A stretch of 52,490 nt of DNA from an uncultured Verrucomicrobiales bacterium. GTDB taxonomy: Bacteria > Verrucomicrobiota > Verrucomicrobiia > Verrucomicrobiales > DEV007. The stretch covers positions 1 through 52,490 of the forward strand of contig CALKOM010000111.1 in the NCBI GenBank assembly GCA_938091905.1. The letters run 5' to 3'. The position numbers and the translations under genes are program-made. This document shows, piece by piece, positions 10,062 to 22,165 of the stretch; positions within the stretch are counted from its first letter, which is position 1; every line of letters starts with the position of its first letter. Below the pieces are notes generated by a model. It was not told the origin of the DNA. It did no database searches and worked only from the letters and a program-made list of their open reading frames with translations.

Positions 10062-12113
10062 CTACTTGGTGCCTAACTGAAACAGGGCGGTTTCGGGAAT
10101 CGTCGATCTGGTGCCATCGACCGCCCATTCCAAGCTTAGTTTAGGACGGGATTCTCCTGCGGTTACCCAAATGGTTAAAGGATGGAGCCCAGCCTCAAGC
10201 CGAAGTGTAGTATGCCGTTCGTCTTTGCTAGCATAGCTATAGTCGGCGTCAATCAAAAGAGCGTCGTGCAGTTTGATGACAGCCTTTCCCTGGGTGCTGA
10301 GGTGGAACGTATATTCACCTGCAGTCGGCACCTTGAGGTAGGCGTGAGCAACAGACGTCGCTTTGATAGGAAGTTCTGTTCCAATCTTGGATGCCGATCG
10401 CGTGCTATCTGCTTTCTCACTGGTTAGGTTCGGAACCCAAGGGAACTCACCTTCATGAATCTTCCAGGTGAGGCCAGGAACGATTGCCGTTTCCGAGACG
10501 GCCGGAATGGGGAGATTGTCGTAGGGCCGAGGCGCAGAACGGTTAGTGCGCCGGATTTGGAGGACTCGTTCTTTCATCTTAGCGTTGAGGGCAGTAAAGG
10601 AGGCACTGGTGCCTGCCAGATTGTTGCGTTCGCCTGGATCGCTATTGACTTCGTAGATCTCGAAATCTTGGGAGGGGTCTTGAATATTTGCGCGGACCCC
10701 TTTGTAGCCATCTAGGAAGAGGACCTGCATCTGGCCTCGTTTGCGTTTGCGGCGTTCACGAGCGTAGTCCTTGTAGTCGGGCGTTCTGCCGCCGTTCTTG
10801 TATTCCACGTAAACGGTGGAGTCTTGCGGGGTGCCTTTGCCAGTGAGTTGTGGCAAGAGGGACACGCCATCGGAGAGCGCCGGAACGGGAACGCCGGCGG
10901 CACTGGCAAACGTTGCCAGCCAATCGTGAAACTGTGAGGGATGTTTGTCTTCACGACCTGCTGGGAATGCGCTGGGCCACCAGGCCAGGGTGGGGACGCG
11001 AATGCCGCCTTCCCAGGCATCGCGTTTCATGCCGTCCATGGGGCCGTAAGATTGGAAGGAGGTTGGGCGGTAGTCTCGTTTGGCAATGTAGCTTTCGCTG
11101 TGCGGCCCATTGTCGCTCGTGAAGACGACAAGGGTATTCTCGGCAATGTCGAGGTCGCGTAGGAGTTGGAGAATGTCGCCCACGGCGTTGTCTATACGTC
11201 TGACCATCGAGGCGAAACGCTGCTCGACATCGGACCAGCTTTGGTCGCGATAATCAGGGTGAATGTAAGAGTCGATTTCTCCGTTTGCGGTGTTGATCAT
11301 TTGGCCGGGTTTTCCAAGCCATTGCAGTCCGCCTTTCGATCCTTTGCCATTCGGGTAAGGGCCTGTGGCTGTTTGCAGCGCCGCGTGAGGCGTGTCGTGC
11401 GCGAGGTACATGAAGAAGGGTTGATCGGGCGATGTCTCATGGTGTTTGGAGATCCATTGCTTGGCAAACGCTGTGAACAAGTCGGTCGTGTAGCATTTGT
11501 CCAGTTGATCTGAAATCTCTTCGTTGTTATGCCAGAGTTCTTGCGGAGAACGGTGGCCTTCACTGTTCCCGATGGGCCAGTCGTTGGCCGGATAGTGCTG
11601 ATGACCATCGCGGTGCCGGACATATCCAAAGAATTCGTCGAAGCCTCGCTTTGTCGGGTAGGCGGGCCACGCCATCGGATCTTTGGGAGACTCTTTCAGT
11701 ATCCCTTGGAGACCGTACTTGCCTACGAGCACGTTGCGATAATTGGCCGCCTTCAGCACCGAGGCCAAGGTGTGGTTGTCTGCTAGGGCCTTATCAAACT
11801 GATTGTCGCGGACATTGGCATGACCTTGATGCAACCCACTCAGTAGTGAGCTCCGCGAAGGGGCACACACGGGTGCAGGACAATAGTGCCGCAACATACG
11901 AACTCCTTCCCGAGCCATGCGATCGAGTTCGGGAGTTTGATGCTTCTTGCCCTTCTTCGTGTTCTGAAAGTTGAGACCTAGATCGCCCCAACCGAGGTCA
12001 TCGACAAAGACGAAGAGGATGTTAGGGCGCTTCGGGGCGTCGTTCTCCACGGCTAAGCATGAAGAAAGCGAAAGTAGTGCGAGAACGACGGTGAAACAGC
12101 AATGGCGTATCAT
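10062..12113 (-). CDS. Secreted sulfatase with C-terminal PA14-like domain
   Basis: PNILFVFVDDLGWGD, CAPSRSSLLSG formylglycine motif, FTSDNGP, WEGGIRVP. The C-terminal G.YTFHL..G...L..G.HP.TI pattern is PA14-like. Confidence 0.92.
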   Translation of the reverse strand: MIRHCCFTVVLALLSLSSCLAVENDAPKRPNILFVFVDDLGWGDLGLNFQNTKKGKKHQTPELDRMAREGVRMLRHYCPAPVCAPSRSSLLSGLHQGHANVRDNQFDKALADNHTLASVLKAANYRNVLVGKYGLQGILKESPKDPMAWPAYPTKRGFDEFFGYVRHRDGHQHYPANDWPIGNSEGHRSPQELWHNNEEISDQLDKCYTTDLFTAFAKQWISKHHETSPDQPFFMYLAHDTPHAALQTATGPYPNGKGSKGGLQWLGKPGQMINTANGEIDSYIHPDYRDQSWSDVEQRFASMVRRIDNAVGDILQLLRDLDIAENTLVVFTSDNGPHSESYIAKRDYRPTSFQSYGPMDGMKRDAWEGGIRVPTLAWWPSAFPAGREDKHPSQFHDWLATFASAAGVPVPALSDGVSLLPQLTGKGTPQDSTVYVEYKNGGRTPDYKDYARERRKRKRGQMQVLFLDGYKGVRANIQDPSQDFEIYEVNSDPGERNNLAGTSASFTALNAKMKERVLQIRRTNRSAPRPYDNLPIPAVSETAIVPGLTWKIHEGEFPWVPNLTSEKADSTRSASKIGTELPIKATSVAHAYLKVPTAGEYTFHLSTQGKAVIKLHDALLIDADYSYASKDERHTTLRLEAGLHPLTIWVTAGESRPKLSLEWAVDGTRSTIPETALFQLGTK

Positions 12114-12175
12114 AGGACCCCAGCATTCTGGGGAGCGCTCTTCTAGTCTTCAAGCTCTTACCTGGAAGACCTGAC

Positions 12176-14101
12176 CTAAATGGGGAGATCGTAGGCGCGG
12201 CCATCGCGTTTCTCGTAGTAGTGGACGAAGGCACGGTTAACGACGGCGTAGCCACCGGGTGTCGGGTAGTTGCCGTCAAAGTACCAGGCACCGGCATTCT
12301 TCGGAAGGGCTTTGCGCATGTTCTCGATGGTCTGGAACATGACTTGGACCTCGCCGTGCCAGGGAGTACCTTGCGGTTTCACGATCTGGCTGACTTGCTC
12401 AGAGATGTCTTCATCGGTGAACGGCGCGTAGATCTTCTGCACGGCGTTCTTCATTTCGCCTATAGGCTTCTTCAATTCGTTCAAGCAGTCTTCGTAGACT
12501 TCTTGAACCAGGGCGTACTCGCTGCGCGCTTTGAGAAGATTGATTGCGGCTTGGAAGGCGATGAATTTGCCAAGTTCTGACATATCGATGCCGTAACAGT
12601 CTGGGTAACGGATCTGTGGGGCGGTCGAGACGATGATGATCTTCTTGGGATTCGTGCGCGAAAGGATCTTGAGAATGGACTTCTTCAAGGTAGTGCCGCG
12701 GACGATCGAGTCATCGATAACGACAAGGTTGTCTCGTGGTTGCACAACGCCGTAGGTGATGTCGTAGACGTGAGAGACCAATCGATTGCGACCGGCTTCT
12801 TGGCTGATGAACGTGCGCAGCTTGATGTCCTTCTGCGCAATCTTCTCATCACGTGGCCAGTTGCGCAGGATGAGATCATCGATCATCTCCTCGTCCATCG
12901 TGCCGTTCTTCATGGCGCAAAGGAGGCTATCCTTGACCTCATTTCTCCGATGTTTACGCAGGCCTTCCATCATGCCGTAGTAGGCAACCTCAGCGGTGTT
13001 GGGAACGAAGCTGAGAACAGTGTGCTCGAGGTTGTTGTTGATCGATCTGAGGATTTGAGGAACGAGCGCTTCGCCCAGAGCCTTGCGCTCGCGGTAGATC
13101 TCCGGGTCATTTCCGCGTGAGAAATAGATTCTCTCGAAGGAACACGGTTTGTGTTCGCGACCGGGACAGAACTCGTTAAACGTGATCTCGCCTGACGCTT
13201 TTACGACAGCAACGTGACCAGGAGGGAGCTCGTTGACTTCGTCTTGTTCGGCGTCAAAGGCCGTCATCAAGGCCACACGTTCGGAGGCGAAGGCAATGAG
13301 CTCGTCTGAGCAGTAGAAGTAGCAGGGGCGAATGCCGTGGGGATCACGCAATACGAAGCCATCACCATTGCCGATGGCACCAACGATACAGTAACCGCCG
13401 TCCCAGGCTTCTCCGGATACTTTGATCAGACCTGGAATGTCGATGCGCTTGCTGATCTCATGGGGGATTTCTCGCCCCTTCATGCCAGCGTCGCGTAACC
13501 CGCGGTAGAGATCGGTGTGTTGCTCGTCGAGATGGAAACCGATTTCTTCAAGGACCGTTTGCGTGTCCGTGCCGTAGACAGGGTGCTGTCCGCGATCGAT
13601 GAGGCCTTCGACCAACTGGGCTGAGTTGGTCATGTTGAAGTTGCCACAGACCATCAACGTCTTTGTGGGGTAATTGCTTCGACGGATGAAAGGATGACAG
13701 GAGCCCTCATTGAAGAGGCCGGAGGTACCATAGCGCAGGTGTCCAATCAGAAGCTCACCGCCAAAGTCGAAATGTTTCTTGATACTGTTAGGATCTTTCG
13801 GATTGACGATACCTTTCCCACAAAGTTCTTCAAAACGGGCGAACTCTTCGTTGACGACGAGAGACAGGGAGTCTTTGTGCGTCGACCGTCGACGGAACAT
13901 GTAGGACTGGCCGAGAGGCATGTCCATCTTCTGACAACCGATCCCGACGCCATCTTGGCCGCGGTTGTGCTGTTTCTCCATGAGCAGGAACAGTTTTTGA
14001 AACCCATAGAGTGCCCGGCCGTATTTGTCATGGAAGTAGTTCAGCGGCTTCAAAAGCCGAATGAACGCTAGGCCGCACTCATGTGTTAGTTTGTCGCTCA
14101 T
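12176..14101 (-). CDS. purF: Amidophosphoribosyltransferase (long form)
   Basis: MSDKLTHECG N-terminal nucleophile, QHNRGQDG, GHLRYGT, CSFERIYFSRG, VIDDSIVRGTT, PDCYGIDM. Confidence 0.95.
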   Translation of the reverse strand: MSDKLTHECGLAFIRLLKPLNYFHDKYGRALYGFQKLFLLMEKQHNRGQDGVGIGCQKMDMPLGQSYMFRRRSTHKDSLSLVVNEEFARFEELCGKGIVNPKDPNSIKKHFDFGGELLIGHLRYGTSGLFNEGSCHPFIRRSNYPTKTLMVCGNFNMTNSAQLVEGLIDRGQHPVYGTDTQTVLEEIGFHLDEQHTDLYRGLRDAGMKGREIPHEISKRIDIPGLIKVSGEAWDGGYCIVGAIGNGDGFVLRDPHGIRPCYFYCSDELIAFASERVALMTAFDAEQDEVNELPPGHVAVVKASGEITFNEFCPGREHKPCSFERIYFSRGNDPEIYRERKALGEALVPQILRSINNNLEHTVLSFVPNTAEVAYYGMMEGLRKHRRNEVKDSLLCAMKNGTMDEEMIDDLILRNWPRDEKIAQKDIKLRTFISQEAGRNRLVSHVYDITYGVVQPRDNLVVIDDSIVRGTTLKKSILKILSRTNPKKIIIVSTAPQIRYPDCYGIDMSELGKFIAFQAAINLLKARSEYALVQEVYEDCLNELKKPIGEMKNAVQKIYAPFTDEDISEQVSQIVKPQGTPWHGEVQVMFQTIENMRKALPKNAGAWYFDGNYPTPGGYAVVNRAFVHYYEKRDGRAYDLPI

Positions 14102-14118
14102 AGACGCGAGTGGCTAAG

Positions 14119-14166
14119 GTAGCACGGGCATTCTGCCCGTGGACTCTGGCAGGATGCCGGAGCTAC
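14119..14166. repeat. REP doublet, family B
   Basis: GTAGCACGGGCATTCTGCCCGTG followed by an inverted GTAGCTCCGGCATCCTGCCAG unit; both are GTAG plus hairpin. Lies between purM and purF. Confidence 0.75.
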
Positions 14167-14190
14167 ATTAATCTTTGCGTGAGGATTCAC

Positions 14191-15186
14191 TTACTTAGAA
14201 GAGGCGATTTCTACATGAAACGAGCCATCGGTGATTTCACCTAACACTTGGCTACGTGGCATGGTGTTGATGGCGGCCTTCGCGTCTTCTGGAGAAACAA
14301 GGACGACCCAGCCGAAGCCCATGTTGAAGGTGCGGATGGCTTCGTCGTCTTCGATGTGATGCAAGATCTTCTGGGCCGAGCTATTCTCCCAAGTCGGCAG
14401 TTTAATCTGAGCCCCTTTGCCATCTAACAACCGTTCCAGATTCTCTGGGAAACCACCGCCGGTGATGTGGGCCATGGCGCGGGCTTTGATGCCTGCGGCT
14501 TTCAAGGCGTCGCACTCTTTATGATAGAGCCGTGTGGGAGCGAGGAGCTCGTTCCACTCGTCGTCGGACAGTTCGATCGCTTGGGTGTCGAGGACGCGAC
14601 GAACCAAGCTCCAGCCATTGGCGTGGAAGCTATCAGAAGCACAGCCGATGACGACATCCCCAACGGATACGGTGCTAGGGTCAATGAGGTCTTTCTTTTC
14701 TGCGGCACCGATACAGAAGCCGGAAAGCTCGATCATGTCGTCTTCGACCATGTCTGGCATTTCGGCTGTTTCGCCACCTGCGAGGATGCAGCCGCAGGCT
14801 TCGAGGTGATCCACCATGCCAGCGATGACGCGTTTGATCTTGGTCTTGTCGATCTTGCCCACGCCGACGTAGTCGAGGAACATGATCGGATCGGCGCCAG
14901 CGGTGAGGACGTCGTTCACGTTCATGGCGACGAGATCCTTGCCCGCAATTTCGAGTTCATCTCGCTCGAGCAGGACCTTGAGCTTGGTGCCAACGCCGTC
15001 GCAGCCGGTGAAGATGACCGGTTCGCTGTAGCTGCCGAGATCAAAGCCCGCAGCGAAGAGGCCAAAGCTTTGGAAGAGCTGACGTTTAGCTTCCGTCCGC
15101 ATGCGGAGTTCGCCAATGTCTCCCACGAGGGCGGCTGCTTTCTCAATGTCGACGCCAGCTTCTTTGTAAGTGAGAGGAGTGCTCAT
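14191..15186 (-). CDS. purM: Phosphoribosylformylglycinamidine cyclo-ligase
   Basis: TYKEAGVDI, DGVGTK, DLVAMNVND, GGETAEMP, AHITGGG..ENL.R, RTFNMG. Start at ATG 15186. Confidence 0.96.
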   Translation of the reverse strand: MSTPLTYKEAGVDIEKAAALVGDIGELRMRTEAKRQLFQSFGLFAAGFDLGSYSEPVIFTGCDGVGTKLKVLLERDELEIAGKDLVAMNVNDVLTAGADPIMFLDYVGVGKIDKTKIKRVIAGMVDHLEACGCILAGGETAEMPDMVEDDMIELSGFCIGAAEKKDLIDPSTVSVGDVVIGCASDSFHANGWSLVRRVLDTQAIELSDDEWNELLAPTRLYHKECDALKAAGIKARAMAHITGGGFPENLERLLDGKGAQIKLPTWENSSAQKILHHIEDDEAIRTFNMGFGWVVLVSPEDAKAAINTMPRSQVLGEITDGSFHVEIASSK

Positions 15187-15885
15187 ATGCGTTTGGTTAG
15201 GCCGTGACCGTTTGGTAGATCGATTGGAAGAGGTAGTAGCCCCAGCCATGTTCGGCTTGTTGCCAGTCGCGATCATAATGTTGCTCGCGATAAATGAACC
15301 GCTCGGGGTGTGGCATGAGGCCTAGCACACGACGCTGAGTGTCTTGCAGACTGGCGATTTGCTGGTAGGAGCCGTTCACATCTTCACCATAGGTAAGCGC
15401 GGCCAGGCCATCCTTCATGTAAGTTTCTGCGTCAGCAGGGTCTTTCGTGACGAGTCGACCTTCACCATGGGCGATGGGCAGTTCGAAACCTTCAGGAAGG
15501 GTGTGGAGGAAGGGGGAGTCGCTGACTTTTTTCTCCAAGGGCACCCATTTGCAGACAAAGCGTTCACTGACATTGTCTACCAAGCTGCCGGGAGGCAGGA
15601 TTCCCAAACGCATGAGGGTTTGGAAGCCATTGCAAATGCCTAACAAATGGCCGCCTTTGTCACGGAATGTCGTGAGCGTATCTCCGAGGCGTCGCTCGAT
15701 CTCGAGTTGAGCGAAACGAGCAGCCATGACGTAGTCGCCGTAGCTGAAGCCGCCGGAAAGCACGCCGAGCTGGGTGTCGGCAAAGTCCTCCACGGTCACG
15801 CGAGTGATGGGCACAGTCCGTGTTTCGAAACCGACTTCGCGCAGCGCCCGAGCCGTTTCCTCATCGGCGTTCGTCCCGGGAAACT

Positions 15886-18232
<2,347 letters not shown>

Positions 18233-18246
<14 letters not shown>

Positions 18247-18688
18247 CCGTCACAGACCAGGTGTGAATCGCGGGATTCACGATGTCTTTGATGAAGGGTT
18301 CGGGCGAGGTTTCGCTTGGATCGCCAAAGATGTAAAGGCGTTTGTAGATCTTGAGGGACTCAATCTCAAATCGACCTTCGGCCACCTCGCTATGGTAGTT
18401 CAGAATGGTCTCTTTCTCGTGGTCGAGCGCGCCGGGTTTCATCCCGTAGTCAAGGTGAAAGGCGCTGCCTTCGTAGACAGGATCACCGCTGACACTCAGG
18501 TCCTGGCAGACGTCATCGACGAGCACCTTGCGGATGAATTCCGTTAGGAAGGCCTCATCTCCGGTGAACTTAAGTAAATACCGCTGGGTTTGGCGGTAGG
18601 TCTGCGGTTTGCTCAGAGGTTCGTAGAGCAGGCCTTGGCAGCTCTTGGGTTCGGCTAGGCGAGGTGATACTTCAGCTACTAACTGCAT
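18233..18688 (-). CDS. purS: PurS-like subunit (probable tandem PurS domains)
   Basis: Lies between purC and purL and overlaps both. Shows two PurS-like endings (VLVDDVCQ; DIVNPAIHTW) and MKPGALD.E resembling PurS LKxGVLDP. At 151 aa it is about twice the size of PurS. Confidence 0.6.
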
Positions 18689-18968
18689 ATTCAGCGCGTT
18701 TTAGGAATTCGACTTTTATGATTTTCACACTTTTAACGATCATGCGAATGTCATCAATCTTTCTAACAAAGCGCGTGAGCACGCCTTCTTTCTCCAAAGG
18801 CTGAATCAGCGGGAGGCTGAGTGCTCGATTCATGCACCCAGTGTTCTCGAATGGCGCATGCTTTTCTCCCTTGAACGCTGTTCCATCGTCCGTGAACTCC
18901 GTGAGCAGCTCATAAGGCTGCTCCGTCTCGTAGAGCCGCTTCGCTTTACCTTCGTAAAGTAATTTCAT
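18672..18968 (-). pseudogene. purC: SAICAR synthetase remnant (98 aa, most of the catalytic domain missing)
   Basis: LLYEGKAKRLY..., FTDDGTAF.GEK (degenerate FKDDATAFNG) and ..VKIIKVE, then the ORF ends. No VVRN or DxKxEFG motifs. Confidence 0.85.
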
Positions 18969-18986
18969 CGGTGGGGCGATCTCCAG

Positions 18987-19015
18987 GATCTAAGGGGCCG
19001 TGACAAGTTCGTCAA
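18987..19015 (-). promoter_or_regulatory. Sigma70-type promoter for the pur operon
   Basis: TTGACG-N17-TAGATC on the minus strand upstream of purC. Confidence 0.55.
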
Positions 19016-19122
19016 GAAGCACTTTCTTGGGTTAACAAATCTATGAAAAGTCAGAACGACGGAAGGGACTGAAGACACGGAATGGGGGAACTTCCGTAGC
19101 GTTTATAAATTAGCGTTTCGGA

Positions 19123-19151
19123 TTGACATCGTAGGCAAAGTTTCTCATTAT
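19123..19151 (+). promoter_or_regulatory. Sigma70-type promoter (possibly leaderless transcript)
   Basis: TTGACA-N17-CATTAT, then 6 nt to ATG 19158. Confidence 0.45.
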
Positions 19152-19157
19152 TCTAAC

Positions 19158-19649
19158 ATGTTTCTGAGGATTGGTGTGTGCGGTGGGCTTCTTTTGATTG
19201 TGGCTTGGGCTTGGAGATCAGAGTTTGGGGCGGTTTCGTTCGAAGGCCGAGAACCATCCCTGCCCGAGGACCTCAGGATTGTGGGGATGGGTGCCGCTGT
19301 TAAGGGATTCTCGCTTGGGTTGGTGCGGTCGAGGGCTTTGCTAGAAACGCGACGTTACAATTTACCGTTCTTTGCATGGCTTGGTTATGAAAAGTTTGCT
19401 GAGGGAAGTGGCATCTCTATCTCGCCTAACCCGTCTCCTCCAGTGACGCCGGATCTGGCCGTCGAGATTCTGAGAAGAAAGGTCGTTGAATTTGGATAGG
19501 GGGCTTCGGTGTTCTACAACAGCTGTCTGTCGACTCTGGTGGTGACCAATCGCCCGGTTTAGCTTGATGCGGTGGACCAGTTTGTGAGCAATTTGGTCGA
19601 TGAAGAGTACAGCCCCGCGCGAAGGAGCAAAGACGCGAAGGGGTGCTGA
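19158..19649 (+). pseudogene. Secreted protein with secretin-N (GspD N3-like) motif, two in-frame TAG stops
   Basis: Reading through TAG 19497 and TAG 19560 gives ETRRYNLP...EILRRKVVEFG*GASVFYNSCLSTLVVTNRPV*LDAVDQFV, similar to the secretin N-domain pattern STLVVxNTxxNLDxV. Confidence 0.5.
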
Positions 19650-19698
19650 TGACTAGCATGATGAGACTCGCTGGGGGGATTTCTCTGCCAGCAAGTCA

Positions 19699-19959
19699 CT
19701 AGAAGATGCCCTGGATCACCCACCAGATCATAGCGAGGAAGACGAGCCCGGCGACGATTTGCCAACCGAGAGAGAGTCCAGGGGCGCGGTGGTTGTAAGA
19801 CTCGTCGTCGGCCCAGGCTTCATCGGGCAAGTCGAGGCCATCGTAGACGTGAGCGTCTTCTTTCCAGCCGGAGCGCTCGTCGGCACCGCATTCGCGGCAG
19901 GCTTTCGCGTTGGGTGAGACCTCTTCGCCGCAGACAGGGCACATGGCTGGCGGTTTCAT
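19699..19959 (-). CDS. Zinc-ribbon protein with C-terminal TM anchor
   Basis: CPVCG...CRECGADE, an acidic linker and a hydrophobic C-terminus. Confidence 0.8.
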   Translation of the reverse strand: MKPPAMCPVCGEEVSPNAKACRECGADERSGWKEDAHVYDGLDLPDEAWADDESYNHRAPGLSLGWQIVAGLVFLAMIWWVIQGIF

Positions 19960-19971
19960 GCGGGCAGGGTG

Positions 19972-20619
19972 CTAAGACGTTTCTCGTTTGGGAATGCCGA
20001 TGACCTTGGGCTTATGAGGCTGGTTGGCCATGAGGTAGCAGGCAAGGATGCCACTGAGGAATCCGAAGAAGTGGGATTCCCACGAGACGTCTGCTTTGCT
20101 GGGGAGAATGCTATACATCATTCCGCCGTAGAGGAAAGCAACAAGGATGGAGACAGCAATCCAGCGGGCGCGTTTCTCGATGAACCCTTTGACGAGTAGG
20201 AACCCAAGGTAGCCGAAGACGATTCCGCTCGCTCCGAGATGAATGGCATCCTCACGACCAAAAAGCCAGACGGCGCTGCCGGTGACGATGATGATGATGA
20301 GCGTGGCGGCAAGAAAGCGTCGCATGCCGGAGAAGGCCAAGACAAGGCTGAGACCTAATAAGGGAGCGGTATTCCCAGAAAGGTGTCCAAAGTCTCGGTG
20401 AAGAAATGGCGCTAACAGAATGCCTGGAAGGCCGGAGAATTGGCGTGGTCGGATTCCGAAGGCATCCAGAATGCTAATCGATTCGCCTTTTTCTGAGAGG
20501 AGGAGTGTTAGAAACCAATCCCACACCTCAACCGACCACATCAACCCGACGATGATAAAGGGGATGAGGAGCGAGTGGCCGAGCTCTTTGGGAATGAGTT
20601 TCTTTAGATTCATGGGCAT
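19972..20619 (-). CDS. Rhomboid-family intramembrane serine protease
   Basis: PFLH..FGHL..N, HLGASG, SWESHFFG; multiple TM segments. Confidence 0.92.
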   Translation of the reverse strand: MPMNLKKLIPKELGHSLLIPFIIVGLMWSVEVWDWFLTLLLSEKGESISILDAFGIRPRQFSGLPGILLAPFLHRDFGHLSGNTAPLLGLSLVLAFSGMRRFLAATLIIIIVTGSAVWLFGREDAIHLGASGIVFGYLGFLLVKGFIEKRARWIAVSILVAFLYGGMMYSILPSKADVSWESHFFGFLSGILACYLMANQPHKPKVIGIPKRETS

Positions 20620-20622
20620 TGG

Positions 20623-21099
20623 CTAGCAAGACGTGGGAACGTCCTGGGCTAGTTTCGTGGCATGGGGAATGGCCCCTTCAACAAAGCCAAGACAATCGAC
20701 GGCCCCTTGCGGTTTGCCTGGTAAGGCGACGACGAGCGCCGTATCGACGACCGCAGCAAGAGAGCGGGAGAGGATGGCATTCGGTGTGATGCTGATAGAG
20801 TGGGATCGCATGATCTCGCCAAATCCGGGGAGTTCGACGCGCATAATGGCGCGGATGGCCTCGGGGGTGACATCACGCTTGGCGATGCCCGTACCGCCGG
20901 TGGTGAGGATGAGTCCGCAGCCTTGCTTGGCGAAGGAGCGAATCGCTTCCTGAATGCGCTCCTTCTCGTCTGGCACGACGATTTCACTGAGCACGTTCCA
21001 TTCGCGAGCTTTGACGAACTTGCGAAGGGCGGGGCCGCCAAAATCTTGGTATTCGCCGCGCGAAACTCGGTCAGAAACGGTGATGATGCCGACATCCAT
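20623..21099 (-). CDS. mog: Molybdopterin adenylyltransferase (MogA/MoaB)
   Basis: IITVSDR..RGEY.D.GGP, VVPDE, LTTGGTG...RDVTPEA, LPGFGE.MR, LPGKP. Start at ATG 21099. Confidence 0.92.
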   Translation of the reverse strand: MDVGIITVSDRVSRGEYQDFGGPALRKFVKAREWNVLSEIVVPDEKERIQEAIRSFAKQGCGLILTTGGTGIAKRDVTPEAIRAIMRVELPGFGEIMRSHSISITPNAILSRSLAAVVDTALVVALPGKPQGAVDCLGFVEGAIPHATKLAQDVPTSC

Positions 21100-21103
21100 G
21101 GGT

Positions 21104-22054
21104 TTAGCGGAGGGTCTTACCGACGAGGTCGAGGAGTTGAGAATTTGGCACAGAATTGCCGAAGGTTTCGAAATGATCGAAGGTCCAGACGACTTTCTTC
21201 GTCTTGGGTTCGATTTCAACGAGGAGTGGGTTTCCAGGTCCGGCATGGCAATTGCCGATGACGTAGTTGCCATTGGGCAGGACTTCCAATGTGGTGACCC
21301 AGGCCAAGCGTATGTTCGGAAGGTCGTCTTGGTGCAATTGCCAGACGATCTCTTTCTGTGGAGTCACCTCAATGACACTGTGACCATTGCCTGTGCCGAT
21401 GAGCGTGTTGCCGTTCTTCAAGCGAACGGCTGAGAAGAGACGATTGCCAAACGCTTCCAAGCCGTGGCCTCCCTTCTCTTCTTTGCCAAAGAGCGGGACT
21501 TTGTATTCCCATGTGACCTTGCCGTCACTGTCATATTCACGAAGCGTGCCATCGGATTCGTGACAGGCGAGATAGTGTCCGTTCTCTATCTTACGCGCCA
21601 ATCGTGTGTCGGTGTGAGGATGTGGCTTAGCGACTTCAAGTTTGATTTCTTTAAGTAATTTGCCAGAGCGGTCGATCTCGATGATCCGAGCAGGCCCACT
21701 TTCAGCGATCATGACATTACCATTCTCAAGCGGTTGGAAGGCGTGTGCTTCTAACTTCTTACCCTCGTTGCCATTGCTAGTGCTGCAGTCGTAGCTCCAT
21801 ACCACCTTCTTGGTGTTGGGATCGATCTCGACGATCTTCCGCATCTTCTCTTGCACCATGATATTGCCGGAAGGAAGCACATGAATGTCGTGAATACTTC
21901 CCCACGGCATTTCCCACGTGATCTTACCTTCAGCGTTGACCTTAGCAAGTTTGCCATTTCCTTGGAGGACGACCTCATGGGCTTGGATTCTTGGAATGCC
22001 TAATAAAAGGCCCGTGGTGAGAACGAGTGCGATCGAATTTCTAAGGTTCATCAA
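21104..22054 (-). CDS. Secreted beta-propeller repeat protein (PQQ-like / arylsulfotransferase-like)
   Basis: Signal peptide and repeated L.NGN.(M/L)I....G..IIE(I/V)...K.VW units. Confidence 0.75.
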   Translation of the reverse strand: MMNLRNSIALVLTTGLLLGIPRIQAHEVVLQGNGKLAKVNAEGKITWEMPWGSIHDIHVLPSGNIMVQEKMRKIVEIDPNTKKVVWSYDCSTSNGNEGKKLEAHAFQPLENGNVMIAESGPARIIEIDRSGKLLKEIKLEVAKPHPHTDTRLARKIENGHYLACHESDGTLREYDSDGKVTWEYKVPLFGKEEKGGHGLEAFGNRLFSAVRLKNGNTLIGTGNGHSVIEVTPQKEIVWQLHQDDLPNIRLAWVTTLEVLPNGNYVIGNCHAGPGNPLLVEIEPKTKKVVWTFDHFETFGNSVPNSQLLDLVGKTLR

Positions 22055-22165
22055 AGAACCGTAGACTAAAGTGGGCGGCTGTCATGGTCAAACCTTCGGC
22101 CAATGAATCCCGATGTGGCGTTTAAAGAGGATTGCCAGATTTCGACCGCCCGTTTATGCAAAGGC

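Noticed and set aside
14467..15207. Long antisense ORFs (for example 246 aa opposite purM, 213 aa at 46742, 205 aa at 50767)
   Set aside because: These are shadow frames of well-supported genes in GC-rich DNA, with no recognisable motifs.
19016..19122. Purine or ZTP riboswitch upstream of the pur operon
   Set aside because: No recognisable aptamer consensus, and the predicted promoter lies only about 20 bp from the purC start, leaving no room for a leader.
19497..19562. In-frame TAG codons (also at 51632) as pyrrolysine or TAG recoding
   Set aside because: TAG is the normal stop of many intact genes here (purF, purL, secDF), no pyl genes are visible, and pseudogenes are abundant.
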